Shown here: piece after piece, positions 8,148 through 18,280 of the stretch | How positions within the stretch are numbered: position 1 is the stretch's first letter | Layout: every line of letters starts with the position of its first letter | NCBI GenBank assembly: GCA_963760795.1 | Contig: CAVXEP010000013.1 | Location: forward strand, 160,001-224,000 | DNA from: an uncultured delta proteobacterium | Lineage (GTDB): Bacteria; Desulfobacterota; Binatia; UBA9968 | Length of the DNA stretch: 64,000 bases | Reading direction: 5' to 3' | Program-made: the position numbers and the translations under genes | Notes under the pieces: generated by a model | Seen by the model: only the letters and a program-made list of their open reading frames with translations | What the model was told of the DNA's origin: nothing | Database searches by the model: none

Positions 8148-9973
8148 GGATTCTCCCCGAGCCGTTCGCGGCGCAAGCTAGAGCGCAGCTCGCCAGTCGC
8201 CGCCGCATCGAGTGCCTCACGCGCCACCACCACGCCGTAAATCTCCCGCGCTTCCTGGAGCGAGACGATGCCGTTTTCGATGTCGGTCACGACCCGCTCC
8301 GGTTCGCGATCGAGGGGATCGCCATAACCGCCACCGCTCGACATGCGCATGTAGAGCACATCATTCTTGCCGATATCGAATTCGCAATAGGGCAAGAGCC
8401 GGCCTTCGCCGCCGATGTCATCCAGCCTATCCGGCGCTTGCTGCGCCGCGATCACCTCGCCTACCCGCGTGCCTTCCTTCAACATGAGCAAACTCGGCGC
8501 CCCCGGGTAGCCGCCGAACATGCCTTGGCCCGAGTTACGCAGGCCGGCGACGCCCAGCGCGACGCCTTTGATCTTACCTTCCGGCGCGTCATGTACCGTC
8601 AGGGCCGACTCGCCGCCGGTGCCGCCGCGATAGCGCCCCGCGCCTGCCCCGCCCTTAGTGTTGCGGCGAAACAGATAGAGCAGCGGAAAGTTTGCCTCCA
8701 GCCACTCGATATTGTGACAGCTCAGGCCCCGTCCGGTGTCGTCGCCGTCCTTATAGGAGCGTGCGCCGGTGCCGTCGAGGGCGCCCTCGGAAAGCGTTGA
8801 GACGTAATACTTGCCATGCTGGTTGACGCCGGCATGGCGCGCCAGGCGATGACCGGCATTGAGCGCCATGACTTCGTTTTGCCATTTCTCGCTGGTGGCG
8901 AGCATCTGCATGATCGCCGAGTTGGCGACGAACTTCACAGTGGCGCCGCCGGACGTGGTATTAAGCGAAACCGGCGCCGGCGCTGTCGGATTGACCACCG
9001 TGCCCGCCGGCGCGATGACTTCGAGTGGTTTCAACGCGCCATGGTTCTTCGGCAGATCGTAAGCGAGCGTGCACAGGATCGACTCGTAACAAGCGCCGAA
9101 AGTCGCGTGATACGGCAAGTTGATGCCCTTCTTCGCCTGCGGACTGCTGCCGGTGAAATCGAACAGTAGATGATCGCCCTGCTTGGTCAGCTTGACATGA
9201 ACGTTCCAGGTTTCGCCGGCGTGAATACTGCCGCTATCGCTCCACGAGCCGTCGGGGATTTCCGCGATGCGCCGGCGCAGGATCGCTTCGGAGTAGTTGA
9301 GCATCTCCTGCGACACCGCGGTCACCAGCTCCGGGCCAAACTGTTCGTAAAGCGCCTGCATGCGCGCCTTGGCGACATTGTTGGCGGCGATCTCGCACTT
9401 TAAATCGAGACCCACCATCACCGGCTGGCGCGTCATGTTGATAATGGCGTCGAACAGGTCCTGCCTCAACTGGCCGCCCTCGACGAGTTTAATTCCGGGG
9501 ATGCGAATGCCTTCATGACAAATTTCCGTGGCCCCCGGCGAGTTGCCGCCCGGCGACATGGCGCCGATATCCATCACATGGACGAAGGTCGCGCTCCATC
9601 CGACCAATCGATCGCGAAAATGTATCGGCGAGATCAAATACACATCCGACTGATGGATCGCCGCCAGATAGGGATCGTTGAGCAGAAAAATATCGTCGGC
9701 ATGAATCCCAGACGTGTTTTCAAAGCGCTCGATGATTCGCTTGACCGCGAAGCCGGCGCAGGCGACATGCCAGCCCATGGAGTCCCCCGCCGACAAGACA
9801 TCGCCGTTGGCGAGATAGAGCGACGCCATGTAATCGTGCATCTGCGTCGTGTTGACTGTGCCGCCGACGCGTTCCAGCGCCGTGCCCATTTCCTTGGCGA
9901 TTTGATAGAGCCGGTGCGACAAAATCTCAAACGTGATCGGATCGACGCTATGGATGATCGGCGTTACTTCCAT
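8144..9973 (-). CDS. Hydantoinase B/oxoprolinase-family subunit (acetone carboxylase alpha-like)
   Basis: DPITFEIL, NDPYLAAIHQSD, HVMDIGAMSPGG, EGIRIP, DFTGSSPQ, GAGRYRGGTG, GGGYGDPLDR. Confidence 0.95.
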   Translation of the reverse strand: MEVTPIIHSVDPITFEILSHRLYQIAKEMGTALERVGGTVNTTQMHDYMASLYLANGDVLSAGDSMGWHVACAGFAVKRIIERFENTSGIHADDIFLLNDPYLAAIHQSDVYLISPIHFRDRLVGWSATFVHVMDIGAMSPGGNSPGATEICHEGIRIPGIKLVEGGQLRQDLFDAIINMTRQPVMVGLDLKCEIAANNVAKARMQALYEQFGPELVTAVSQEMLNYSEAILRRRIAEIPDGSWSDSGSIHAGETWNVHVKLTKQGDHLLFDFTGSSPQAKKGINLPYHATFGACYESILCTLAYDLPKNHGALKPLEVIAPAGTVVNPTAPAPVSLNTTSGGATVKFVANSAIMQMLATSEKWQNEVMALNAGHRLARHAGVNQHGKYYVSTLSEGALDGTGARSYKDGDDTGRGLSCHNIEWLEANFPLLYLFRRNTKGGAGAGRYRGGTGGESALTVHDAPEGKIKGVALGVAGLRNSGQGMFGGYPGAPSLLMLKEGTRVGEVIAAQQAPDRLDDIGGEGRLLPYCEFDIGKNDVLYMRMSSGGGYGDPLDREPERVVTDIENGIVSLQEAREIYGVVVAREALDAAATGELRSSLRRERLGENP

Positions 9974-9974
9974 C

Positions 9975-12078
9975 TTAAGCTCCCAAGTGAATTCTAATGT
10001 TGCGGTACTCATCCATGGCGGCGCGGTCGTTGGGATTGACCACCATCGTGGTCACCGGCGTTTCGACGATCGCCGGGCCGGCGAACGCCATACCCGGATG
10101 CATCTTGACGAAATCGTAGACCGGCGTGGCAACAAACTTGCGCGCTTCTTCGAAGTAAACATCGCGCTTGCCCTTGATCGCCTGAGCGCCATCAGCGCTG
10201 CGCGCCAGTTCAGCCTTGATGTCAGGTTTCTTCAGCAAGCCCGTCGCCGTCAGGCGGAAGGTCAGGATTTCCTTGCCCGCTTCGCGGTAACCCGAACCCT
10301 GGCCGAACGCCCTTTCATAGAGGTCGTCGAAGCGCATAGACAGTTCTTCCATGTCGCGTTCTGTGATCGCCCCGCTACCCGCCTGGGAACGGCACGTTCA
10401 GTTCATGCACCTGGTAACGGTAACGCATGTCGACACTGCGCATGACCTGAACATCGCTCTCGGCAAATCCAGCGGCGCGCAGATCGCTGAGCGCGCGCTC
10501 TAACAGTCCAGCGAAGTTGTCGTTGACTCGCGCCGGCGCCACCGGCAGCACCACATGGTCGGATTTGCCATATTCGTAAACGACATCGGAGCTGATCAAT
10601 CCGGTGGCCCCATGAACGGACGCGGTCAGAGGAATAACCACTTGGCGGATCCCCAACTCCGCGGCGTAGCGGCTCGCGTGCACCGGCGCGGCGCCGCCAA
10701 AGGCGAAGAGCACGAAGTTGCGCGGATCATGGCCTTTCTCGACGGTCGCTTTACGGATCAGATCGCTCATATGCGAGTTGGCGATGCGATAAATGCCGCT
10801 GGCGGCTTCCACTTCGCTCATCCCGAGTGGTTTGGCGATTTTCTCACGGACGGCGTCCAGCGTTTTTGCCTTGTTCAATTTCATTCGGCCGCCGAGAAAG
10901 TAGTCGGCATTGAGATAACCGAGAATCAGGTCGGCGTCGGAAACCGTCGGCTCGCGGCCGCCGACATCGTAGCATACCGGTCCCGGCGCCGCGCCGGCGC
11001 CTTGCGGTCCGACTTTGAGCAAACCGGTGTCGCCGTCGATCCAGGCTATGCTGCCGCCGCCGGCGCCGATGGACTCGACCCAGATCTTGGTCGAGAGAAT
11101 ACTATGGCGCAAGATCACCGGCTTGTAGTCGCGTTCGATCACACCGTCGCGCACCACGCTGACTTTGAAAGTCGTGCCGCCCATGTCGGTGGCGAGGATA
11201 TTTTTTTCGCCGATATGTTCGCCGAGAAAGCGGGTGCCGACGATTCCCGCCGCCGGCCCGGACTCGATGATGCCCACGGCATTCTTGCAAGTGGCTTCGA
11301 TATCAAGCACGCCGCCATAGGCTTGCATGATCAGTGGATCGCGCTTGAGACCTTTGCTGCGCAGGATGCTTTTTAGGCTTTGCAAGTAACTGGAAATCTT
11401 CGGCCCGATGTAGGCGTTAAACACCGTGGTCGCGGCGCGTTCGAACTCGCCCAAATACGGCGCCACGTCGCTCGACAGGGTAAAATAGAGCTTGGGATAT
11501 TTTCTCTGCAGGATCGCCGCCAACTGCTTTTCATGGGCGTCGTTCAAGATCGACCAGAGAAAGCACACGGCCACCGACTCCACGCCCTTGGCGGCGAGCC
11601 GGTCCAGCGCGCGCTCGGCCGCATCGACATCGAGGCGGATCAGTTCGGCGCCCTTGTAATCGATCCGCTCGGGGATTTCTTCCACCAAGTTGCGCGGCAC
11701 AAAGGGCTCGGGTTTATCGAGCGCCGAGCGATGGGCGATCTCGTTCTCGGTGAGACCCTCGGCGATCTTGCCGCGCATCATGTGCAAGGTGTCGCCAAAA
11801 CCCTTGGTGAGAATCAATCCCGTCTTGGCGCCGGCGCGGGTGATCAAGGTATTGTCGCCCACGGTGCAGGCGTGAAAAAACAAGCGCGTCGAAGCGAGCA
11901 ACTCTTCGGCGCTGGCCAGGCCGAGATTCTTTGCCGCATCGGCGCTAGCGTTAAGCGCACCTTGAGAAAAATCCGCCGGCGTCGACAATGACTTGCCGAT
12001 GGTGACGCTGCCGGTCTCATCCACCACCACGCAATCGGTAAAAGTGCCGCCAATATCCACGCCGACGATGTAGCTCAT
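9975..12078 (-). CDS. Hydantoinase A/oxoprolinase-family ATPase subunit (acetone carboxylase beta-like); single-base frameshift near 10383
   Basis: VDIGGTFTD, ESGPAAG, DMGGTTF, IGAGGGSI, VGPQGAGAAPGPVCY, FGGAAPVH; C-terminus resumes as ORF 9975-10352 (GPAIVETPVTT). Confidence 0.93.
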
Positions 12079-12150
12079 GCTGCAGTTGACCTCGCTGTGC
12101 GCCTACGAATAACCTTGCGAATAGGACCAAATCCTTCGCTTCAAAATAGC

Positions 12151-12226
12151 CAGTAAAGAGTTAGTAGTGAGGAGTAAGGTGTCCGGATCCGAAACCCCTG
12201 ACTCCTAACTATTTACTCCTGACTTC
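12151..12226. repeat. 7-bp-periodic inverted-repeat element with TCCGGATCCGA core
   Basis: cagtaaa-gagttag-tagtgag-gagtaag | gtgtccggatccgaaa | ccctgac-tcctaac-tatttac-tcctgac. Confidence 0.8.
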
Positions 12227-12236
12227 TTCTTCCCTT

Positions 12237-13238
12237 CTAGCATCCATACCCATCCCGGCACTTAATTCCCATCTCTCTCTGCACGTCACGCAAAAAACTG
12301 ACGTCGGCGATCTGCGCGATGGCGACCTTGTCGGGATCGACGCCTAGACGCGGCGCCGTTTGTTGTAACAAAACTTTCATGCCCTTTTCGGTGAAACCGC
12401 CGGGATCGTTGGGATACATGAATTGGAGCACCTGCGTGATCGCCTCGCGGGCGATGTCCAAACTGATTCTCAAATCTTTGGCGGCGATCTGCGCCGCCTC
12501 GTCGGGCCGTTGGCGAATCAGTTGCATGGCGCGCAGATGGGCGCGCAGCCAACGTTTGATCATTTCGGGATTTTCGCGAATCAGTTTGTCGTTGACCGCC
12601 GTACCGGAAAACGGCACCGGAAACACCTCGCCGGAATGCATCAAAACGCGGTAGCCCTTGCGCACCAACTCCGCGGCGATGTCGGGATTATTCGCCGCCG
12701 CCGCGACCTGTCCCTGATCCATCGCGATCACCCGCGCCTTGGCGTCGCCGATGGCGATGAATTTGACGTCGCGCACCGGATCGAGACCGAGCTTAAGCAG
12801 AATCAAGCGGGTCGCCAGATCGTTGGTCGCGCCCGGACTGGAGATGGCGATCGTCTTACCCTTCAAATCCTCCGCCGTGCGAATCTCCGGGCGGACCGTG
12901 AACTGAAAGGTCGAGGTATTGTAGATAAAATAAATCGCCTTGAGCGGCGCGCCGCGCAGCGCCGCGGTGATCGACGGCCCGGCGACACCGAAGTGGACTT
13001 CGTTGGCGATCAGCGCCGGCACCGACACCCGTGAGTTCATGACGATCACTTTGAGATCGAGCCGCTCGTCGGCGAAATAATTCTTGGCGCGGGCGACATA
13101 GGTCGGCAAGTAGCCAAAGTCCGGCGTCGAGATCGCTTGGTAGACCGGCATCACGCCCTTCGGCGCCTGCGCGGAACCGGTATCGGCACCGAATAATAGA
13201 AATAGGATTGCCAGAAGAGTTAAACAACGCGGCATCAT
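12237..13238 (-). CDS. NMT1/SsuA-type substrate-binding protein
   Basis: Signal peptide; YLPTYVARAKNYFADE, EDLKGKTIAISSPG, GLDPVRDVKF. Confidence 0.9.
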   Translation of the reverse strand: MMPRCLTLLAILFLLFGADTGSAQAPKGVMPVYQAISTPDFGYLPTYVARAKNYFADERLDLKVIVMNSRVSVPALIANEVHFGVAGPSITAALRGAPLKAIYFIYNTSTFQFTVRPEIRTAEDLKGKTIAISSPGATNDLATRLILLKLGLDPVRDVKFIAIGDAKARVIAMDQGQVAAAANNPDIAAELVRKGYRVLMHSGEVFPVPFSGTAVNDKLIRENPEMIKRWLRAHLRAMQLIRQRPDEAAQIAAKDLRISLDIAREAITQVLQFMYPNDPGGFTEKGMKVLLQQTAPRLGVDPDKVAIAQIADVSFLRDVQREMGIKCRDGYGC

Positions 13239-14314
13239 TTCGCTCCCGGAAACAGTTCGAGATATTTTTTCCCCAGTGCCGCGTAGCGCCGGCCGATATC
13301 GAGGGGGTCGGGCATGCGCACGTCGAGTCCTTTGAGCAGCTGGGTTTCCCGCGCCGGCACCTTGGGATGGGCCGGCATGCGGTCATGCGCGGCGAGAATG
13401 CGTTGTCCCTCTTCGGATAACAAGTAATCGATCAACAACGCGCCGGCAAAGGGATGGGGCGCCGTGCGCGTCATGAACAGAAAGCTCGGCCGCAAGAACA
13501 ACGGCCGTAGCGGCGCAAACCACACCGGCGCGCCTTGCTGCGACATGGTGATCACGGTGTTGAGATTGGTTTCCACGGAGAGATCGTATTCGCCGGCGGC
13601 GACTAACTGAGTAAGTAAACGCCGGCCGCGCACATGGTGCAAGTTCTGCTCGTTGAGGCCGCGCAAGAGTTTGATAGTAACGTCCTCACCCAGGTACTGC
13701 ATCAGGGCGCCAAACCAGTAGTAGGACTGGCTGTCCATCGCCATCTTGCCCTTCCAGCGCGGCCGGAGGAGATCTTCGAGACGCTGCGGCGCATCTTCCT
13801 TGTTCACCAATCGGGTGTTGTAAGCCGGCACGAGCACGTTCAATAGACTCACGTTCCAAATCCCATCCTTGTCTCGGTAGGATTCTGGATAGGCCGTCAG
13901 TTGCGGCGAGCGGTAGCGCGCCATCACGCCCCGGTCGATCAGCACGAGTATCCCCAACTCGCCGCTCTGGATCACGTCGGCGGCCAATTTTCCCGCCCGC
14001 GCTTCGGTTTCCACCCGGGCGATGATCGAAGCCCCGGAGAAACGTCCTACTTGCACGTTGACTCCGGGATATTTCTTGGTGAATCCGGCAGTAAGCGCGC
14101 TCGCCACCACCTGGTCGAGATTTAGATAAACCACCGCCTCGCCTTCGCTGCGCGCCGCTTCAAGCAAGCGCGCCTGCCGTTCAGCCGGCGGTAGAGAATC
14201 GAGAACTGCCAGTCTGTTTTCGCTGAGCTGTGCGGCATCGGCGCGGCTATAGGCAAACAGCAAGGCGCACAAGCCAAACCAAAAACCTCCACGGTAGCGG
14301 CGGAATCGTTGCAC
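13235..14314 (-). CDS. Extracellular solute-binding protein (Fe3+/thiamine-type family); start approximate
   Basis: EAARSEGEAVVY, FTKKYPGV, AYNTRLV..P...DLLRPRWKGK, APHPFAGALLIDYLLSEEGQ. Confidence 0.88.
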   Translation of the reverse strand: MQRFRRYRGGFWFGLCALLFAYSRADAAQLSENRLAVLDSLPPAERQARLLEAARSEGEAVVYLNLDQVVASALTAGFTKKYPGVNVQVGRFSGASIIARVETEARAGKLAADVIQSGELGILVLIDRGVMARYRSPQLTAYPESYRDKDGIWNVSLLNVLVPAYNTRLVNKEDAPQRLEDLLRPRWKGKMAMDSQSYYWFGALMQYLGEDVTIKLLRGLNEQNLHHVRGRRLLTQLVAAGEYDLSVETNLNTVITMSQQGAPVWFAPLRPLFLRPSFLFMTRTAPHPFAGALLIDYLLSEEGQRILAAHDRMPAHPKVPARETQLLKGLDVRMPDPLDIGRRYAALGKKYLELFPGAK

Positions 14315-14316
14315 CG

Positions 14317-14505
14317 TTACCGGTACCACCGTTTGAGATTTTTTAGATAGATGCCGAAGCCCAGCGCAACCAGCAAATATAAACCGCTGCGCCAGACCGC
14401 CCAACCGTCGCCGCTGGCATAGTTGCGGTACTCCCAAAACGCGAAGAAGACAAAAAATACCACGGCGCTGGAAATGAGAATCTTATGGGCGGTGACGATT
14501 TTCAT
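14317..14505 (-). CDS. Small two-TM membrane protein
   Basis: MKIVTAHKILISSAVVFFVFFAFWEYR..GLYLLVALGFGIYLKNLKRWYR; co-oriented and tightly packed with neighbours. Confidence 0.7.
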   Translation of the reverse strand: MKIVTAHKILISSAVVFFVFFAFWEYRNYASGDGWAVWRSGLYLLVALGFGIYLKNLKRWYR

Positions 14506-14532
14506 CGTGGTATTACTACGACGGAGCAACGA

Positions 14533-14655
14533 GGGCGGGTTTCAAACCCGCCCCGATAATCCGGAAATTTTGTTTGAGCGCTTTGCGTTCTTTGCGGCAA
14601 ATCCACCGAATCCGAATCTTCCCTTACTCTGTGAACTCTATGCCCTCTGTGGTGA
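14533..14655. repeat. Composite REP-like element (second copy)
   Basis: gggcgggtttcaaacccgccc + tccgga + ctttgcgttctttgcggc + ccgaatccgaa + ctctgtgaa-ctctatgcc-ctctgtggt. Confidence 0.8.
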
Positions 14656-14670
14656 GATAGTTCTCTTCGT

Positions 14671-16104
14671 TTAATGCACTCGCGCCGGCTGCAACACTGG
14701 CGCGGCTTGGCCGTCCAAGCGGACAAAGTAAACATAGTAAAGAACGAACGCCGTTGCCAGCACAGCGCCGCCGATCATATATGCGGTCTGCCAATCGCCC
14801 ATCGCCATCAGCGGCCCGGCCAAGCCGGCGCCGACGCCCATGGGGAACTCGACGAAGGCGTGCATGATGCCGTTGGTGGTGCCGCGCTCGCGCTCTTTGA
14901 CCACTTCCATGGCGAACAGGCTGTAGATCGGATCGGAGATGCCCTTGTTGGGATAAGGTCCGCCGACTAGAAGAATCGTGATCACGTAAAACACCCCGGC
15001 CATGGCCAGGCTGTTAGACATGCCTAACAATACCAGAGCCGGAATGCCGAGGAGCTTTACCATCGTCACCGTGCGCACCCGGCCGTAGCGCTGCACGATC
15101 AGCGGAGTGAATAAGGTCAGCAGCGCCGAAGAAATGGAACCGACGGCGAAGATCATGCCGATCTGGGTCGCCGTCGCTTTCAGATGCTGGTCAAAAAAAA
15201 GATTGAAGAACGGCGCGGAAAATCCCATGCCGAATCCGACCAGCCCTTCGGTCAGCGCCAGCATGCCGATGCGCCCATAACTCTCGATGCCTTTGACCCA
15301 GCGGCGGATATCGATCGCCTGCCACTCTTCGCGAATCAAGTAAATTGGCACCACCGAACAGAGCATCACCGGCAAGGCGCACAGCAGCGCCGCGCGCAAC
15401 GCCGGTGCGCTGTCCGGGCTCACATGAAACAACGAGGCGAACAGCAACGGCAACAAGCCGCCGGCGAGATTACCGACGCTCGCCGCGGCCACCTGGATGC
15501 CGCCGTTGAGGCTGAATAGATGCACCCGTTCATCTTGCCGGCTCTGCTCGACCATGAACGGCGGCCCGACGATGGCATGGCCGCCCTCGAATAGGCCGAT
15601 GACGGCGGCGAGAATCAACATCAAGTTCGGATCGGTGACGAAAATCACCGCGGTCGTCGCCAGCAGGTTGCCGCTGTAACCGATCAAAAAAACCCGGCGC
15701 CGGCCGAACAAGTCGGAGAGAATCCCGGAGGGAATGACCGACAGTCCATGACAGGTCCAGTTGATCGCGGCAAATTTCGCCACGAACAAAGTATCGAAGC
15801 CGACCGCGAGCAAATAAAGGTTGAACAAAAGCCGCAGCAAGCTCACCGACAAACCGCTGAAGGGGCTGCGCAGGAGAAGCAAGCGCGCGTTGCGGCTAAA
15901 ACCGCGAAAACGTTCGCCCAGCAAAGTGCCGCGCCGCGCCTGGCGGATGAGCAGCAGCGAAACGGCGAGGAGCGCAGTGCCGCCGGCGAACCATACCCAT
16001 AACGGCGCGATTCCCTGAGCTGCCGCGTCATGCTCGCCATGGGCCCAGGACAGAGAAGCAAGCAAGAGCGAGCCGAGAGCGATTATTTTAGACCACTGAC
16101 TCAT
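14671..16104 (-). CDS. MFS transporter with an N-terminal signal-peptide/His-motif extension
   Basis: FSRNARLLL, LFNLYLL, GILSDLFGRRR motif A, PFFNLFF, AMEVVKERERGTTNG; N-terminus ..LSWA-HGEHD. Confidence 0.88.
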   Translation of the reverse strand: MSQWSKIIALGSLLLASLSWAHGEHDAAAQGIAPLWVWFAGGTALLAVSLLLIRQARRGTLLGERFRGFSRNARLLLLRSPFSGLSVSLLRLLFNLYLLAVGFDTLFVAKFAAINWTCHGLSVIPSGILSDLFGRRRVFLIGYSGNLLATTAVIFVTDPNLMLILAAVIGLFEGGHAIVGPPFMVEQSRQDERVHLFSLNGGIQVAAASVGNLAGGLLPLLFASLFHVSPDSAPALRAALLCALPVMLCSVVPIYLIREEWQAIDIRRWVKGIESYGRIGMLALTEGLVGFGMGFSAPFFNLFFDQHLKATATQIGMIFAVGSISSALLTLFTPLIVQRYGRVRTVTMVKLLGIPALVLLGMSNSLAMAGVFYVITILLVGGPYPNKGISDPIYSLFAMEVVKERERGTTNGIMHAFVEFPMGVGAGLAGPLMAMGDWQTAYMIGGAVLATAFVLYYVYFVRLDGQAAPVLQPARVH

Positions 16105-16238
16105 CGCCTTCCCTCCTTGTGCCGGATTTGGGCGCATCATAGGACGAAGCTTTTGCGCCGCGCAAGCCATTTTTCCCGATCGAGTTGCCGCCATGGTGGC
16201 AAGCGCGTAGGATGCGCGCAGAATCAGGAGGAGTGACC

Positions 16239-16619
16239 ATGAACAAAGAAACCGTCAGCACCGACAAAGCGCCCAAGGCCATCGGCCCCTACGCACAAGC
16301 GATCAAAGCGGGTGAATTTATTTACACCGCCGGGCAAATTCCCATCGATCCGAAATCCGGCAATCTAATCGCTGGTGGCATCGCCGAACAAACGCGCCAA
16401 GTCTTGGAAAATCTCAAAGCGGTGCTGGAAGCCGCCGGTTCATCCCTCGACCAGGTAATCAAAGCGACGGTATTCTTGAAAAACATGGCCGACTTCACGG
16501 TGTTGAACGAAGTCTACGGCGAATACCTCGGTGAGGCGAAGCCAGCGCGCTCGACGGTCGCCGTCGCCGAGTTGCCGCGCGGCGCGTTGGTGGAGATCGA
16601 TTTCGTCGCCATGGTTTGA
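16239..16619 (+). CDS. ridA: RidA/YjgF/UK114 imine deaminase
   Basis: [54 protein letters not shown]; aggagg RBS. Confidence 0.95.
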   Translation: MNKETVSTDKAPKAIGPYAQAIKAGEFIYTAGQIPIDPKSGNLIAGGIAEQTRQVLENLKAVLEAAGSSLDQVIKATVFLKNMADFTVLNEVYGEYLGEAKPARSTVAVAELPRGALVEIDFVAMV

Positions 16620-16690
16620 TCGATGACTCTTGGCAGGCTGAACCGCCAAAACCATTCCACCGGACTTGAAAACCCAAGCGGTCCTGGGAG

Positions 16691-16723
16691 AAAACGGGGA
16701 GTCTAACCAACTCCCCGTTTTTT
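16691..16723 (+). terminator. Rho-independent terminator, possibly bidirectional
   Basis: aaaacggggagt-ctaacca-actccccgtttttt downstream of ridA. Confidence 0.85.
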
Positions 16724-16834
16724 ATTGTGCTGTGCGTTTCTTTCCATGCTTGTTCGCGTCATGTGCGTCATTCGTTCCACAAAACGTTGGGTGCTTTGGA
16801 TACCGAGATGTTCACACGGAAACTTAATTAGCCG

Positions 16835-16891
16835 TGGACGCTTGCAGAGAGCGCCGCCTCTTCGAGCCCGCGCGGGCGGGATCTACCTGCT
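16835..16891 (+). repeat. Imperfect ~57-bp direct repeat, copy 1
   Basis: tggacgcttgcagagagcgccgcctcttcgagcccgcgcgggcgggatctacctgc; matches 17963-18021. Confidence 0.8.
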
Positions 16892-17135
16892 GATAATGGA
16901 GCTTGACTGTGGTTTAGCGGACGAAATAGGCTGCGGGCCAGTGGGGAGATAGGCCGCGATGCTGCCCGGCTTTTGACAGTCAGAATGTTCTTACTGAGTT
17001 GGGGTAAGTGAATGAGGTCTGGAGCAATTCATTGATTTATTCGCGAACCGTGTTCGGAGATAGGCCGACCAGTTTTTTTCGCCGCATGATGCGGGTCACT
17101 TAATAGTTGGACCAGAGAGAGACACAGGAGTACAC

Positions 17136-17714
17136 ATGAATATCGGAGCGGCTCGTAAGAAAAATTGGACACCCATCGATTCAATCGCGCGCTGCCTGGC
17201 GTCCTTGTTCCTTTTCTTCCTGGCCTGTGCTTCAGCAGCCGAGGAAATATCGGAGCCTGAGAAGGCAGCGATGCTGGCCCTACCGTGGCTGAAATTCGAC
17301 CAGACGTTCGGATCTGGCTGGCGCGTTCTTTTCGCCCGGAAGCAGTATCTTCAGGCCGCGGAATTGATTGAAGCGTATTTGCGTCGGCATGATGAATTGA
17401 TTGCCCGCGAACGAGCAGTCTCCCATCTGCATGCGGCTCAGAATTTCGCCCGCGCCGGTCGGACGGAAACAGCGCTCGCACACTTGGATAAAGCGAGCAT
17501 TTCACCTGGAACGAAAAATATGCCGGAGGATTGGAATGAGCTGGTTATCTCGATGAGAGCGTTTCTAATCGGCGATCGCGACGGATTGGTCGCATCGAAG
17601 CGACGTGTTTCTGCAATGACGTCACCGGCGTTCCCGGACAACGCTGACGAATTACTCAGTCACTTCGGCAAGCGCTATGGAATTTGGTGGGACGAGGACA
17701 AAACTGATAAATAG
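17136..17714 (+). CDS. Hypothetical exported helical (TPR-like) protein
   Basis: aggag RBS, signal-like LFLFFLACASAA, FDQT..GWR..YL.AAELIEAY..HAAQ..A.AG helical repeat pattern. Confidence 0.65.
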   Translation: MNIGAARKKNWTPIDSIARCLASLFLFFLACASAAEEISEPEKAAMLALPWLKFDQTFGSGWRVLFARKQYLQAAELIEAYLRRHDELIARERAVSHLHAAQNFARAGRTETALAHLDKASISPGTKNMPEDWNELVISMRAFLIGDRDGLVASKRRVSAMTSPAFPDNADELLSHFGKRYGIWWDEDKTDK

Positions 17715-17962
17715 ACTAGGCGCAGAAACGCGTTCTAGGCCACATTATTTATCCTATGGAGTGGCAGAGGCAGGACCTAACAAACGCCTACGTCTCCCAG
17801 TCGTAATCCGCCGGTCTTTAAGTCCCGTTCACCTCTTCAATTTCCCTTGTATTGTTCCGCCTTTGCTGGCGCGATCCGATCGCGGTTAACATCCTGTGAA
17901 CAAATTCTGTCGTATTGATCAGCGAGCACCGCGGAGACGTCCCAACTTCACAATGGCTATCT

Positions 17963-18021
17963 TGGACGCTTGCTGAGAGCGCCGCCACTCGATCGAGCCT
18001 GCGCGGGCGGATCCACCTGCC
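17963..18021 (+). repeat. Imperfect ~57-bp direct repeat, copy 2
   Basis: tggacgcttgctgagagcgccgccactcgatcgagcctgcgcgggcggatccacctgc. Confidence 0.8.
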
Positions 18022-18153
18022 GGCACGTTGCAAGTGAACCTCTTGCGCGTAGAGAAAAACGAAGGGCGATTAGGAAGGGTCGCCGCAAAGGAAGTTACCC
18101 TGACACAACATACCGGATCAGACGGTCGGAATCGGGAGCGATTTCGAAACCGA

Positions 18154-18275
18154 ATGGGCTGGAACTTAAGAAAACAGTCAGCGTCGGGAAGAGTTCCCGG
18201 CTCGACCTCTCGAAGCGGGGCATTTGGAGCCAGCGCAGGTATCCCCGGCTTTAGGATCGGCCTTGGGCCACGTTA
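18154..18275 (+). pseudogene. DUF4236-like N-terminal remnant, frameshifted
   Basis: Joining frames gives MGWNLRK/TVSVGKSSRLDLSKRGI/GASAGIPGFRIGLGPR, resembling the MGFRFRKS..RLNLSKSG.G.S.G..GFR pattern. Confidence 0.55.
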
Positions 18276-18280
18276 CGGAT

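Noticed and set aside
16620-16690. Possible riboswitch or sRNA between ridA and its terminator
   Set aside because: No recognisable Rfam-type motif; needs a covariance-model search.
17774-17892. Integron attC site (ACCTAAC...) after the hypothetical gene
   Set aside because: No matching GTTRRRY or complementary arm, and no integron integrase.
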